Below are positions 8,250 through 20,912 of a stretch of DNA of 64,000 bases, piece by piece (within the stretch, counting starts at the first letter, position 1; each line of letters opens with the position of its first letter). Under the pieces are notes generated by a model, which saw nothing but the letters and a program-made list of their open reading frames with translations, searched no databases and was not told the origin of the DNA. Origin of the DNA: Flectonema sp. DT1601 (Eukaryota); contig OZ025782.1 of NCBI GenBank assembly GCA_964019425.1, positions 1 to 64,000 on the forward strand. Direction: 5' to 3'. Both the position numbers and the translations under genes were made by a program.

Positions 8250-11200
8250 TGTTTTTTTGGAGATGTTACTGAGGGGAGACGCACCTTACTGCTCTTTCAC
8301 CGTATTGTTTGGATCGAGATCAATAAAGTACAATAAAGTACAGAAACTGTAGCTTTAGAATCGTTGGTGGGGAAAACAAAATTAATATCAAGTACTTGAC
8401 TGAAAAATATTTGTAGTTGTTAATCAAAGAAAATTACCTTTAGAAAAAAGAGAAAATAAAAAGAAAAAATATAAAGAGACAACTATATTTTTTGTCTTAT
8501 TGGCCGGGAAGTCAGGTCTAATCTTGTCATGCCGCAACCATCGCAGCGTTGTCTTTTCTTCACATATTTATCTTTAGCAAGATCACAGCAACCGATGTCC
8601 CTGCAGCTCGCACTTGAAAATTATCTTCAATCTTCTTCAAAGCAGTAACGTAACATCCACGTTTCAGAATAAGGTTTGCTTCCTTCCACAAGTATTCCGT
8701 CTCTGAAAGGGCCTGTTAAAGGAAATAAGAAATTAATCAACGTAACTCGTTACTCATAAGACATGCGAGGACGTTTTGTGGGATGTCGAGACAACAGTAG
8801 TGAATCCCAGGCGGGAATGTGACCCCGCAAGTATCACAGGCTGGTAATTGAAATTGGCGAATGGGTCAACATCGATGAACAGGAAGTCAGCCCTTGAAAT
8901 TCTCAATATAATCAAATGATAATTGGGAAAGAAAAAAAGAGTAAAAGGTCAAAGGGAAACACAAACAACATAATCTTTTGCAAAGAAGGGTCTTTTTGTT
9001 AGTACGTGTGTTGTTCTGGCTAATGTAATTTGACTTAATGGAAGCGGGAGAAAAAAAGAGAACGAAAAGGGTACGGTTTTGGAAATCTGAGGTTCAGTAC
9101 AGGGAGCACAGCTTTATCCATTGCAGGCACGGGACCGGTCGGTATACTTCAGAAGTGGTGAAAATAAAATAAAATTATGGGGTACGTTGGAAAAACTAAA
9201 GAATTTACACTAAACATTGTCGGGCCACAGTAAAGTCATTTTCCTGACCAACTCACGTAGCGGAAGTAGACGCAATCAGTTCCGTTTATTCTCACGCTGC
9301 TTAAACAGCTAGAAATACACAAGGGGTACAGATGGGTAAAAACACATGAGATGTCCTGTTCAGTTTTACAAGAACAAGTAATACGAGAATTGCCAACTCC
9401 ATTATTCACAGGATCAAGCCTGGAGCTGAAAGGGGGCTGTTTCAGGTACCATACGTTGGATGCATGAAGATCGTCATGTGTTACTATTTCACAATGGTCG
9501 ATAGAATATCACACACAAACCTACCAAAAAAAATAGGGAAAGAAACGAGAAGCCACCAAGAAAAGGAACTCCATAATGTTACTAAGAAACTGTAATAATA
9601 AACTCCACGGCGTGTAAGACCAGCGTCTTTGAAATCGCCACTTCGCCGTAACATGACCAATAGAAAGTGTCGACTTCCGACACAACAGATTTGGACTAAA
9701 TCTGAATCACTTACCTGAACTAATAAAGAACTACAATCATTTTCTTTTATTTTTTTTGAATTATGAAACATAGGCAAGAATAATTCGCGTAGTGTCCACA
9801 AACTCGGACCTGGGCAAGGTCATTTATGTTTGCCAGTCTTTATTAGCTCAAAAAAGAAAAGAAAACACGCACAAGAACGAAGAAACACTCAGACAGTTCC
9901 ATTTGGAACATCTTCTGGCGAGACCTCACCTCAGTCTACAAAACAGTCGCTTCACAATAATCACCAACCCAACTGTACTTTACCGTTTTTGAAAATCGAT
10001 TGAATGAATTTCTTCGATTTCTGTGTTGCCAAATGATGAAGACCACCAGAGGCTTGACTGACGGCAAAGGTCGGCGAGTGAACCAGAAGTATCTGATATT
10101 TAATCTTCCAAAAAAAATCTGAAAAAACAATAATACCACACCAGCATATCACAAGTATATTTTTACTGTATTTATGTGAAATTGCTAAAAGCCGTATCCT
10201 AACATTAAAGCAGGTGAGAGAACACGCAAAAATTCTTTGTTATTATGATTAAGGGAAGACAGTAATATTTTCACTGTCATTCGTACCATCTCTAGGACTT
10301 CTGGAGAGTAGTCGACAGGCATGTCCTGAGAGATAAATCATCAAAACGATCTTCCCCATTAGACACCACAGCTTCACCTTATTCTAAACGAACAAGGTTA
10401 ATAAGTTAAAACAAAGTGAGCAGTGTTCCTCCAGTTGATGAGAACCAAATGATAACCAAAACCTTATATATTCTTTATAACACATGTGCTTACAGTTTTC
10501 AATCATGTAGTGCCGGCAGAGAGCCTTTGTACGTAAAAACAACAGCAAAAAAAAAAAAAGAAAGAAAAAAAAAAAAAACACAGTAGTTCAGCACTCACAA
10601 CTATGAAAAATATTGATTGGAAATGTGTGGCACGTCGTAACAAATTAAAAAGAATAAATAAATTGAAAGATACGAACAGACGTTACGACTGCTGTCGTCG
10701 ATTCCATAAACGGTAATAGGAATGCCAGAGAACTGCTCCACAACGAAAGCAGAGAATGTGTTTAGGCAGAATAATTAATGGAAAGTTCAATCGAGGAAAC
10801 AGCTTCAGGAAAGAAAGACTAACTTACGGTACTTTGTCAAACTGCGTTTAATGCGGAGCTGCGAGAATCTGGTACGGAAACAAACAGAATTCAAAGACAA
10901 CGAAGCTCGTGATTACAACCATGACCATCAAAGCTCCAAGTGATGGTAAATCAGATCTCTTTATCATTGCTGGGGAGTTATCAGAAGAAAAATAATTAAT
11001 AAAATAAAAATAAGAGACACCACAGCATTGAGTCCCTGAAAGGTATTAAGTGACATCAGATACCCAATGTGAATATCCGAGAGGAGACAATTATTGAAGT
11101 CTCGATATTGTCTACGAATGAAATCAAGTTAGGCATCCCTTTCGAGTTGGGAATTGACAGAGAAAGTCGCAGTTTTGCAGTACTACAGAACAAGAGCTTT

Positions 11201-11962
11201 TGGGAACCTTTGGGAGATAATAAAACAAATCTCCTGTCAGTGCAGACTGAAACTCAAATGTATCGAACTTAGCGAGAAAAAGGGGGTACCGGTCAAAGGA
11301 AAAAAGGGGGATGTAAAAACAGATGGGATGAATCTGGACTGGCGAATAAAACTGATAAGTTGTGCGGCTCAAACAATCAGCAGCAAGTTCTGTTTCACAC
11401 AGAACTTAAATTGATTGCATTCACAATACCGATGAGAATAAAAGAAAAGGGGGACGTGATATAGAATGAAAATGAGAATGAGAATGAGAATGAAAATCGG
11501 TTGCGAGAAAACCTTGACGTGGCTTACGATAGGAGGTGTGTCAAATATCAGGGCGGTGCTTCCTATTACACCTGCGCTGCCAAACATATTTCTGCATTCG
11601 CTGATAGCAAGAAAAAAGAACAACGAAAAAAAAAAGGGAAGAACGCAATTTTTGAGAAAAAGAAAGGAACAAACACGATATGAAACCTATAGAGAAGGGA
11701 CAGCCCACTATCCTTTTAGCTACCAAAAGAAAAAAGTAAGACCATGAGCCAATAATTGTAGGATGAATAGCAATTCACCACCTTGCGGACAATTCAAGTT
11801 GATCTGCAAAAACAACATGCTCTTCGTTAGTTCTTCATTCTGGTGTTTGATTTTATATATATTTTTTTTGTATTTGGTAATTAACAACCAGAATTAAAAG
11901 TTCTTACGAGTTGCTCTTTGAAAACTTCTCAACTTGAAATACTGAATTCAATAAAATCAAGT

Positions 11963-12706
11963 TTACGAGACTTCACTTGATTCCGCAGGTGCGGGAGCTC
12001 CAGGGGTTTCAGCTCTCTGTTTCTTACGATGAATGTGAAGCTTGTGACACTTGTCACCCTTCTGACATTTTTTAGAGTTTGCGTCTGATCCAAAGTGAGG
12101 ACACCGGCGTAGTGTTTGAAGTGGGACTCTCCACTGAGATTGACAAGTGCGGCATCTGAGGGTAATTGCACCACTGCGAGCACGAATATTATCCCAATTG
12201 TTGTGCTCACATGGTGGAGTCACTGGTTCCGGTTTAGCTGGTTTTGCACCACCAGATCCATTACTCGTATTTGATTCCTCTGGGGACGCTGCATTGCTAT
12301 TTACCTTGCTGGGACATTGATTTCCCATTTGCAATACCTCCTCGACAATCAAATCCAATGACGAAAACACCTGCTGAGTATTCCTAATGGAGGCTGCCCC
12401 CTTCGCTCCTTCGACGTGTCGTAGTATTCTTTGAATTGCTTCTGAATGAGCCAAGCCGCTCAAGTCCATTGGTACCGGCAAGTGACTAGGGTTGCTATAA
12501 ATGTTATTTATGATGTTGGTGTTATTTAGAAGCTGTTGGTGAGGTTCGCACAGGGCGTATGGGTGGTGCTGTCTGATGTTACTCGTAGTCGACACCGACA
12601 TTGATGTTGGAGGGTGAGAAGACATGTCTACTCCTCCGTACCCGGCAGCTGTTGACATAAACGCTGGCTCATCACCGTATTGAAACCAATCTGGAAGACC
12701 TTCCAT
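11963..12706 (-). CDS. Zinc-binding protein: CxHxxWD...CxxC motif followed by a CCCH-type finger
   Basis: CEHNNWDNIR...LRCRTCQSQWR, then CPHF...CQKGDKCHKLH; low-complexity N-terminus. Confidence 0.75.
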   Translation of the reverse strand: MEGLPDWFQYGDEPAFMSTAAGYGGVDMSSHPPTSMSVSTTSNIRQHHPYALCEPHQQLLNNTNIINNIYSNPSHLPVPMDLSGLAHSEAIQRILRHVEGAKGAASIRNTQQVFSSLDLIVEEVLQMGNQCPSKVNSNAASPEESNTSNGSGGAKPAKPEPVTPPCEHNNWDNIRARSGAITLRCRTCQSQWRVPLQTLRRCPHFGSDANSKKCQKGDKCHKLHIHRKKQRAETPGAPAPAESSEVS

Positions 12707-13147
12707 TTTATAACTTTCTGTCCTCCTGTGCTATAAAAAAAATAAAGTTCTTGTTGTTGTCAAAAGGCGGCACTAAACAGCTCTTGTCTCGATCAGGGAA
12801 GTGAAATTAAAATTTTTCTATTATCCTGTTAAAGTTAGAAGAGAGTTAAACAACAGAACACTCAGATGAATAATGATAAGAACAACATGTGGAGTGTTGT
12901 TCAACAGTGACAGGATGCTGATGTAGCTCAGACTAACTCATTTAATTAATATCCGAAGCAATGAAGAGTCTAATGGGTGTTCGTAAGTAAGTCAACTTGT
13001 GGTACCTCACGGCGCCTTAAGTCGATTAATGCGATACCACAAGACACGGTTCATGTCTCTCGCACAGTTAACACACCTCAAGTATTCCGTAGTGTGTAGT
13101 AGGCTACTTCTGCTTAAATTCTGAATTCGGAATTGTATTCGAAAGAA

Positions 13148-13516
13148 CTATTGAAGTGTTGATTTGCTTCCATAAATTGTGGTCACACGTTTTCTAACTG
13201 CCTCAAACCCAATTAAACCTATAACCAGTTTCTTACTGTCTGCTGCTTCTTTTTTAGCAACTGCTTTGTCCCTCTTTTGCTTCGCCTTTGCCTTTCCAAC
13301 AGTTTCATCGACCCGGTTTAAATTCTCAGCAAGTGACTTAGCCATGTCAATACCTCTCTGATCTTTCACACATACCATTTTCGGTTCTCTTTTCTTTGAA
13401 AACGGTGGAGGCTTCGACTTCTTCTTGTTCTTGTCTCTTTTTATTCTACTCCACAACGCCATTTTATTAACTTCGACAGCCTTAGAGGAATACAGATAAA
13501 AGGATTTCAGTGACAT
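13148..13516 (-). CDS. Lys-rich hypothetical protein; start uncertain, probable upstream GTAAGT intron
   Basis: 122-aa basic ORF. Donor at 13558 and a candidate AAG acceptor near 13481. Confidence 0.45.
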   Translation of the reverse strand: MSLKSFYLYSSKAVEVNKMALWSRIKRDKNKKKSKPPPFSKKREPKMVCVKDQRGIDMAKSLAENLNRVDETVGKAKAKQKRDKAVAKKEAADSKKLVIGLIGFEAVRKRVTTIYGSKSTLQ

Positions 13517-13758
13517 GTTTTTAGGACCGAAGAAAAATTAATGAAAAATAGTACTTACCTCTGCACTGAGGTACACGGCTTTGAAAGACGCTGCATTTTT
13601 TTTGATGAGAAGCTTATGTCTGCAAAGCAAAGACAATGAATTCAATCAGTAGGTGTAGCGTTAAGTGGTAAATAAATTTCTAATCTACACTACAAACAGG
13701 GGGAGAAACTTTACTAATGAATGTATTACACGAAAATAAAAATTTTAAAATTAAACTT

Positions 13759-15082
13759 TTATTGCGGTGGGGACATAGGTGACGGATTACCAACGTTAGA
13801 ATCGGGTGATAGTTCAGTCGGAGACTGCGACTGAGCCGGGTAATTAATATGTGATGCTGAATACGCGTTAGTCGGAGGTGATGGGTGTGCCAGAATGGAC
13901 GACAACCGATTTGGGGTGTGGAGGTCCGGGTACTTAATTTTCATTGCAGTTTCCCTCTCAGAGAGTTCACGTTTGAGCCGATCAATAGCTCGCTGCTCAA
14001 TCTCAGTTAGGCGAATGTCACGGCGATTTTGCTGATTATACATATCGTCAACTTCCTTCTCTCGAAGCATAACAGCTGCTTCTCGTTTCTCGATAGCAGA
14101 CAGCCCGTCAGAACACTCTCGCATGAGGCGTTTGATTCGAAGCTTTTCCTCAGCCTTCTCCGAGTCAAACAAGTGAATGCTATCTTCAAGAGTTTTCCAT
14201 TTCTGCTCCCTCGTATTTCGAAATGCTTCCTCAGCAGTTTTTAGTTCTCGTTCTCGTTCATCAACAGCGCGCATACGTTCCGTTATTGACTTTTCTGCTG
14301 ACGCGTAGCTTTGAATAGTCTCATCGAGGTCCTTCTCTCTGAGGGTTAGGGCGCGCTCTTTCAACTCTAACTCTTTCCCTCTGTTGATTAAGTCCACCTC
14401 CCGTTGGCTGATAAGTCTTCTGGTTTCTTGGAGCTGACGTTCTTGTTCATCGAGAATTGTAGCCCTCTTATCGAGATCGGTTGTTGACTTTGAAAACATT
14501 CTCTCTTGAGTCAGGAGATGCTTTCGATGCTTCTCTACCATCTCTGATACTTCCTTTTCTCGTTCTTCAAATCGGATTGTCTCTCCTTCCGACTTCGTTC
14601 GCAGAGCATCTTCCTTCTCCTGCAGAACGCGTAATCTATCTAACTCGTCGTGTCTACGCTCATCAAGCGACTTTTCCCGTACCCGCAGTGCTCTCTCCTT
14701 CTCAGAGATATCTACCGCTCTTGGACTCGCAGCGACTGCACTTGCTCGCGAAAGTTCATTCTTCAGCTTGCGGTCTTCCGATTTTTCGAGTTCCCTGTTT
14801 GCAAATAGTTCCAAAGTCCGTGGATCAGAAAAACTACATCAGTAGAACTTACAACGTAACTAACATACCGAGTGTCTTTTTCAATTTCCTTTAATCGAAT
14901 GCTACGAGCTGTCTTGTATGCTTCAACTTGCGCCTGTTTGAAGTTGTTGAGTAGTTCTTTAAGAAGCTCTCAGTTGAGAATTCATTACACATTCTTGTAC
15001 ACTGTTACTCACATACCATCATCTGTAAAGGTTCTGTTTGTGCAGGTCTGGGTGAACTGCCCGGGTTTCCAACCCAGCTCAT
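13759..15082 (-). CDS. Coiled-coil protein, 3 exons (15017-15082, 14869-14966, 13759-14794)
   Basis: Two GTATGT...AG introns give a continuous frame from MSWVGNPG into the long E/R/K heptad ORF. Confidence 0.7.
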
Positions 15083-15378
15083 GTTGATACCTCCCCCGCT
15101 TGAAGAAAATATTTTACAAATAATTACAAACACTACTCAGTCTTCGAATAACTGTTCGTTAGATTGTTTTCCCTTTTGAAGGACATCTCACGATCTCAAT
15201 ACCATGTGATAGCTGTAGAAGGTGTTGTAGTACTCGCAGAATTAAAGTTTTACTTATTATCAGGCTTCATAATTTCCTGTTTTCGACCCGTAAAAGGTGC
15301 GTCGCTAACAAACGACATCATCATAGTCTCGTTGTCCTTGTCGAGAGCTAAACCAATTCGCAATTAGTTTGACTTCGA

Positions 15379-17715
15379 TCAACCCACATCAACCTTTGCC
15401 CTCTTAGCTTTTGTTATAACTGGATACTTCGCTTCAATAATTCCGGCAACATTATCTGCTGAATAAAGTGAAATACCGAGTTCTTCTTCGAGGTTTGTGG
15501 GCTGAGCCATTGTTGTGAGCCACCTGCACGCAAGATTGATAGCGACGTCTGCAGAGAGATTGAGGTGTTCGGGTCTACTGAGACCTGCCTCGAGAAGCCA
15601 AGTTGGCAGCATGTCTCGACGTTCAGCAGATAAATATCTTTTATCAGCGAGGATCATCATTCCGTAATCCTTTTTGTTTCGTAAGACACGACCCATGCAC
15701 TGACTTGATTGACGCATGGCATCAAATGCTCTGTACGTCTGCTGAGGAATCTTCTTATTCTCTTCCATCCACTGCAACCGAACATTGAGCGCTTGGTCGT
15801 CTGGAGGTAAGTATGGGACACCAAAAATAACCACCGCTCTGCCGTAGTGCCCATCAAAATCAATCCCTTCGGCTACTTTCCCCCTAGCAATACTCATAAA
15901 TAATCCTCCCCTACCAACATCACAAGCTGTACGAAAGTTTGATAATGCTGCTTCAGTCTCAGTGATACTTTTTGTTTCGATAAATATTAATTTTTGCTTC
16001 GTCAACTCAGACAGTAATCCAATGGCATCCCAAGTACTGAGTACTTCTTCCATGTAGCGATATGATGTAAAGAAACAAACTACTCCGTCTGGTACAACCT
16101 GACAAAGTTCCACCAAAAAGGATCCATAATTACGAACTACTTCTGGATTTTGTGACGATACTCGAGTCCTGTAGCTGGTACTCAATGGCGTAGTCTCGTG
16201 AGATTCCTGCAGCGACTGCTGGTCTGCACCTCTGCTCAGAATAAGTGGATATGCACAAGGCCTTACGAAGGTTGGTTTTAGTGATCGCTTTAGCGTGGGG
16301 GCGAACCCCAACATGTTTTCGTACATTTCGAGTGGGGATAAGGTACCCGAAGTCAGAAGAACATTTCGGTATTTCTGAAAGATGTTTCGCATTCCGATGC
16401 TGGCATCACAACAAATTAACGAATAAGCAGAATCCCAATGTGTATTCGCTGAAGAAGCTTCTTCCGGCTCGTAGACTACGCGAAATCCTTCCTCTGCGTA
16501 GGTAGCAAGAGTCGTCACAAGATGTACCATCAGCTGTATGTTAGCAAACCCGTCACTTACTTCCTTTAATGTTCTCAGTAGCAGTCGCAGTCGATCTGCT
16601 GCGAACACCAACTGTTTTGATTGAATTAAAACATGATCCTTAATAGAAGAGAGGGCGTCTTGTGGTGTTTGCACTTCAATTCGAGTAGTTTTCTTTGCAA
16701 ATCGATCATTAAAATAATCAGTCAGTCTGCGTAACATTCCCGCAAAATGCTCAGCTTTTCGCATATTACCCGGCACTAAGTCTTCCACTGGAGCGCCTGT
16801 GCCATATCCGGCAGTTTGGTTCTCACTTACGAGAGCGTTGTATTCCGCCTGTAAGGCTGCCGAGTCCGTGTCGCGGCATTTCTTGATAATCTTTAGCAGC
16901 TTTTTTGCTTCTTCACGAGCAGCTCTGGCGCTTGCTCGTGTGATGGTGTAGGTGAGAGCATCCATACAAACATTATCAATATTGTGTGCCTCATCATAAA
17001 CTACAACACTTGAAGAAGGGAAACCTGCAGTAATATGTTCAGCAACCTTTGGATCAATTGTGTACGGATACGACAGAACTACTACATCTGCAGAATCGAG
17101 TGCCCATCTAGCGAGCCAGTAAGGACAATGGTGTTTATCCTTTCCTGTTTCGATTAACGAATCGAGAGTGTAGACTCCTTTAGGTAAAGGGTTAGCAGGA
17201 GCACCATCTGAAAGAGAAGCATCGAAGTATGAACATCTTGGGCCTTCAATATCTTCTATATCAGGAATAGCACCTCCCTCAGCAGAGTCCCATGTGGTAG
17301 TTCTCGCAAAGCAGGCCGCATCTATTTCTGTAGAAGTTCTTGAGTTCCGAACTTCCGAATTAACACAAAGCGTGCTTCTGGCAGCCAGTCCTACACCCAG
17401 AATGGGTGGCTCCGGGAAGTCAGAATTCTCCATAATATAAACCATTAAGTTCTGCAATTCCTGTAACACCTTTTCAAGCTCCCCAGTAGTTCGCGTGCAG
17501 TAAATAACCTTTCCGACATCGTCTTTATGTTTTATTTTCCAAGACACTAATATTGACAGCAGAGAGATCGTTTTCCCCGTCCCGCAAGGCATCTCCATCA
17601 AACCATGTTTACCGCGATCGAGTAAGTTTTGCAACTCAGTAATGAACTGCAGCTGTTCAGGGTATATCGTTTCGTATGGGAACCAGACATCCAGACCAGG
17701 GAGGGGTATTTTCAT
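15379..17715 (-). CDS. ERCC2: TFIIH DNA helicase XPD/Rad3
   Basis: FPYETIYPEQ, EMPCGTGKT, YCTRT, four Fe-S cysteines (LCV, ACF, RCSYF, HCPY), DEAHNID, TSGTLSPL, RGKVAEGIDF, GRVLRNKKDYG. Confidence 0.96.
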   Translation of the reverse strand: MKIPLPGLDVWFPYETIYPEQLQFITELQNLLDRGKHGLMEMPCGTGKTISLLSILVSWKIKHKDDVGKVIYCTRTTGELEKVLQELQNLMVYIMENSDFPEPPILGVGLAARSTLCVNSEVRNSRTSTEIDAACFARTTTWDSAEGGAIPDIEDIEGPRCSYFDASLSDGAPANPLPKGVYTLDSLIETGKDKHHCPYWLARWALDSADVVVLSYPYTIDPKVAEHITAGFPSSSVVVYDEAHNIDNVCMDALTYTITRASARAAREEAKKLLKIIKKCRDTDSAALQAEYNALVSENQTAGYGTGAPVEDLVPGNMRKAEHFAGMLRRLTDYFNDRFAKKTTRIEVQTPQDALSSIKDHVLIQSKQLVFAADRLRLLLRTLKEVSDGFANIQLMVHLVTTLATYAEEGFRVVYEPEEASSANTHWDSAYSLICCDASIGMRNIFQKYRNVLLTSGTLSPLEMYENMLGFAPTLKRSLKPTFVRPCAYPLILSRGADQQSLQESHETTPLSTSYRTRVSSQNPEVVRNYGSFLVELCQVVPDGVVCFFTSYRYMEEVLSTWDAIGLLSELTKQKLIFIETKSITETEAALSNFRTACDVGRGGLFMSIARGKVAEGIDFDGHYGRAVVIFGVPYLPPDDQALNVRLQWMEENKKIPQQTYRAFDAMRQSSQCMGRVLRNKKDYGMMILADKRYLSAERRDMLPTWLLEAGLSRPEHLNLSADVAINLACRWLTTMAQPTNLEEELGISLYSADNVAGIIEAKYPVITKAKRAKVDVG

Positions 17716-17970
17716 TGGGGGGACTGCGAAAAAAAACTACTATTTCTTTCCCTCAAGAATACAACACTGCAAACTAACCTTTTCCGAAGCTAGTTGTAAA
17801 CAATTACGAGAAGTTAAATATACCGAAACTCAGCTAAATAATAAAAAGTGTTCAGTTTAAAAGTGTAGTTGGTAGAAAAAAGAAGTTCAAGAAACAAACT
17901 AATAAGAATCGTATAAACGCCTGCAGGTTAGAAGGTTGCGGGTTACGAAGTTGACGTTTTGAATGATTGA

Positions 17971-19191
17971 TCACATCACAGAACAGTTATTATTATTATT
18001 ATTATTATTATTGTTGTCAGTCTCGATAGCTGCTTCTCGATATAAATTATTGTCAGCATCCTCAAGAACGGCATCATCGAGTTCTTGCGGAACGTGTGGA
18101 TGGTCATCGGGGAAGTCCGGGAGGATGTTTTCCTGTTCCTCAGGTTCTTCATCTATTTCATTCACAGCGTTCTGTTCATCAACGACAACGTCTTCACACT
18201 TGAAATCAAAACTCTCGAGGTGCATCTTCGGAGTGAATCCATTGTAATCTTTATCAGTCAAACTCAATCCGATATCGTCTGTCAGATATTTCCAACATTC
18301 TCTGATCGCACCCTTTCTTGCGGCGACATGCAGAGCAGTCTCACCAGCATCATTCCTGACTTTAGGATTTGCACCGTGATTTGCGAGTAACTTCATGGTT
18401 TCCAACGGCTGGGTATTTGATGCAGCTGCTAGAAACGCAGTTTTCCCGGACTGCAGAGTTGAGAAGTTCGGATCAAACCCGCACTGAAGTAGCCTTTCGA
18501 TAATATCAACAGCTCCTTGTTTAGATGCTTCTATTAGTGGGCTGTTGTTGTCTGTTGAGGAATCACTTCTGAATAGACCACTTTCAAATAAAGGATCGAT
18601 GCAATCTGTTCTTTGAAATCTCACAATCTTTGAAAACACTTTTTGAATTACATCAGCGTCTGCCCACGATGCGCAGTCGAGATTTAATAAATAATCAAAA
18701 ATGTTGACATCTTGTACCACTCGAACTGCCATACAGAGAGCATTGTCATATCGAGGAATAACTAAGTCTTGTAAGTCGTCTAAGAATCCATAGCTGTGCA
18801 ATATCTCGAGTGAAGTTAAATTATTAGACAGCAAGGTAGTGACGATTAGATTCACTCTGTTGTCAACTATTTGGGCATCAAAGAGTAGTTTGGTGACAGT
18901 GTGTTGTTTATTTATAATTGACTCATGGATTGCTTCACTCGAGGGTTGTACTTCAAGTTCTTTTAATTTATTCAAAGATTTAACTTTTAATGAAACATCC
19001 AACTCGAGGATGTCACTTGGAACTACTTGCTCTCCGTCTCTTAATTGGGTTCCTTCTTTTAAAATTACGAAGTTCCCCAACATCATTCCAGAAACTTCAG
19101 CAATCTTGTTCTCAATTAACTCCAACGGATCCAACGGACTGATGTCAACAGCGAATTCAATTCCCATGATGTCGATAACTGTGACACTCAT
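17971..19191 (-). CDS. Ubiquitin-like N-terminus + ankyrin repeat protein
   Basis: SPLIEASKQG, GKTAFLAA, GETALHVAARKG, GFTP; UBL-like N-terminal ~70 aa; poly-Asn tail. Confidence 0.85.
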   Translation of the reverse strand: MSVTVIDIMGIEFAVDISPLDPLELIENKIAEVSGMMLGNFVILKEGTQLRDGEQVVPSDILELDVSLKVKSLNKLKELEVQPSSEAIHESIINKQHTVTKLLFDAQIVDNRVNLIVTTLLSNNLTSLEILHSYGFLDDLQDLVIPRYDNALCMAVRVVQDVNIFDYLLNLDCASWADADVIQKVFSKIVRFQRTDCIDPLFESGLFRSDSSTDNNSPLIEASKQGAVDIIERLLQCGFDPNFSTLQSGKTAFLAAASNTQPLETMKLLANHGANPKVRNDAGETALHVAARKGAIRECWKYLTDDIGLSLTDKDYNGFTPKMHLESFDFKCEDVVVDEQNAVNEIDEEPEEQENILPDFPDDHPHVPQELDDAVLEDADNNLYREAAIETDNNNNNNNNNNCSVM

Positions 19192-19859
19192 TGTTCTTAG
19201 TTTAGTTAGTCTTTTAAAAGAAATAAACTAAAAGTTTTCTTGTTTCCCATCATATTGATTACAGGGACACGTTACATTGTTTTAGTAGTTTCTGTTAATC
19301 AAATATATATTTATTTTATGAAATAACTATTCTCTCTCTCTCTGTCGGATAGTACAAACGTGCAATTACTAAGAAAAGCTTTTTTGTACCATAAATTCGT
19401 TTGAATATTTTTATGAGACAAGCCAAAGTGTCTCATTACTGTTACAACCAGAGGACTAAATCGCAAATATTTGCAACTCGGAGCTAATCGGCAGCCAACG
19501 CTGGCCACTTGATAGAGTTGATTTATGAAATGATAGCTGGAAAAATAAAACAAGTCTGAAATTAAACTAAGTTTAGCCGACGGTTAGTTATTGGCGCGGC
19601 TTTCAACCAGCAAGTGTGTTCTTTGCTGGACTCTGATACTGCTGATCTAATAGTACTCGTCTTCCTGATCTAGTCATCGTCTTCCTGATCAATATTACTT
19701 GAAGAGGGTGCTCTGTAATAAGTCTTGCAATTAATTGCGCTTTGCGCTATGCTGAATCAAATGCGAAATGTCGGCCGTTCGTGTTGCTACTCAAGTGTTA
19801 CTATGTACAGTCAGTGTAGCGGTAATGTTATCTATTCGATTGGGTTGTTTAGTAATCGT

Positions 19860-20912
19860 CTATCCTTTCTCAAACATTAAGAATAAATAATCGCTGATAG
19901 TTTCATAAGTTAAAAATGTTATTACATAAGAAGGAACTGTTCTAATAAGGGTTGGGGTTAGGCCGCGGAAGAGACCGCGAACACCCTCTTGTCGAACAGT
20001 CATCCGAGAGGCCTGAAGAAGAGATGTATAGCGATAGTCAGAAGCATTCGTTGCGTTTCGTGGATCTTGCATTCGAGTCCGCAAAACAACTAACGGGGTA
20101 GCAAAACATGAAGCAACAATCTTTGAGCTAATCGTTGCTACCGCAGTCTCAACTCCGTTCATCTTACGCACAGAACCAGCAGGTGCTGATCCATAAAGAA
20201 TGTTTGTGGTAAGAAGAACTTGTTTTATTTTTTCATAAAAAGTCATTTGGATGCTACCGTGACTCGTCATCAACAAGCTGGGCGTCAAACCCGAGTAGAG
20301 CCCACGAGAACCTTCCGTTCTTATGATTCGCCGAATAGCGTGACGAGTATTCCGATATTGAACAACACTTCCTGCAGCACCGCGTTGTAATTGCATTCGA
20401 GTTTTAACCACCCACAATGGACAGGTGGCCAATGTAGTTAATATGCCAGAGGCAGTTGCTGCACAGAAGTCTCCAACGCCTCCAGCGGAATCGGTTGTTT
20501 TGTTACCTGACTGAAGGAACTCTCGCAATGCCGCCTGAGTTTGTTTGTATAAACCAAAGTACATTCCCCACGTCGTTGCCGAAGCCAATACCGCTGTGCC
20601 AACTCCCTTGTACATCGAACTGACACCCCCCGCGTGATAATTTCTTTTAAACGCGTGTCCCAAACCTCGATAATCTTTCACACCATCTAATGACCTCTGA
20701 AGACTTCCATCCTGCGCCATGATTCGAACTTTCATGGAATCCAATGGATAAGTAATTATCATTGCAATACTTCCGCTCAGCATTCCAGATAATGAATGCA
20801 ACAGCATTGGAGACACAACTGTCTCCTTCTTGTCGCCTCCCATTTTAGTATTTTGAGAGGCTGAGATGTAAAGTGAAGTTTTTTTTCGTGTCATTGAACT
20901 CCTGTCAGACAA
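19860..20912 (-). CDS. Mitochondrial carrier, folate/FAD carrier-like (SLC25A32/FLX1 group)
   Basis: Three carrier signatures PLDSMKVR, PLWVVKTR, PLVVLRTR; WGMYFGLY; SHGSIQMTFYE. Confidence 0.9.
   Translation of the reverse strand: MSDRSSMTRKKTSLYISASQNTKMGGDKKETVVSPMLLHSLSGMLSGSIAMIITYPLDSMKVRIMAQDGSLQRSLDGVKDYRGLGHAFKRNYHAGGVSSMYKGVGTAVLASATTWGMYFGLYKQTQAALREFLQSGNKTTDSAGGVGDFCAATASGILTTLATCPLWVVKTRMQLQRGAAGSVVQYRNTRHAIRRIIRTEGSRGLYSGLTPSLLMTSHGSIQMTFYEKIKQVLLTTNILYGSAPAGSVRKMNGVETAVATISSKIVASCFATPLVVLRTRMQDPRNATNASDYRYTSLLQASRMTVRQEGVRGLFRGLTPTLIRTVPSYVITFLTYETISDYLFLMFEKG

Larger units (their letters stand above)
1669..8300 (-). mobile_element. Non-LTR retrotransposon, I-group/Ingi-like (ORF1 + APE-RT-RNase H ORF2); 5' boundary approximate
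   Basis: ORF1 region 6251-8249, ORF2 2096-6250, structured 3' UTR, (CTAA)n tail at 1669-1690. No convincing TSD found. Confidence 0.9.

Noticed and set aside
8500..8760. Exon-like fragment after a polypyrimidine-CAG upstream of the LINE
   Set aside because: All three frames close within ~50 codons and no family is recognisable.
8300..9500. HDV-like ribozyme or TSD at the LINE 5' end, as in L1Tc/Ingi
   Set aside because: I could not build a nested double pseudoknot or find a convincing duplication of the 3' flank by eye. Needs an Infernal/RNArobo search.
19657..19690. Direct repeat TCGTCTTCCTGATC x2
   Set aside because: Simple local duplication with no further structure.
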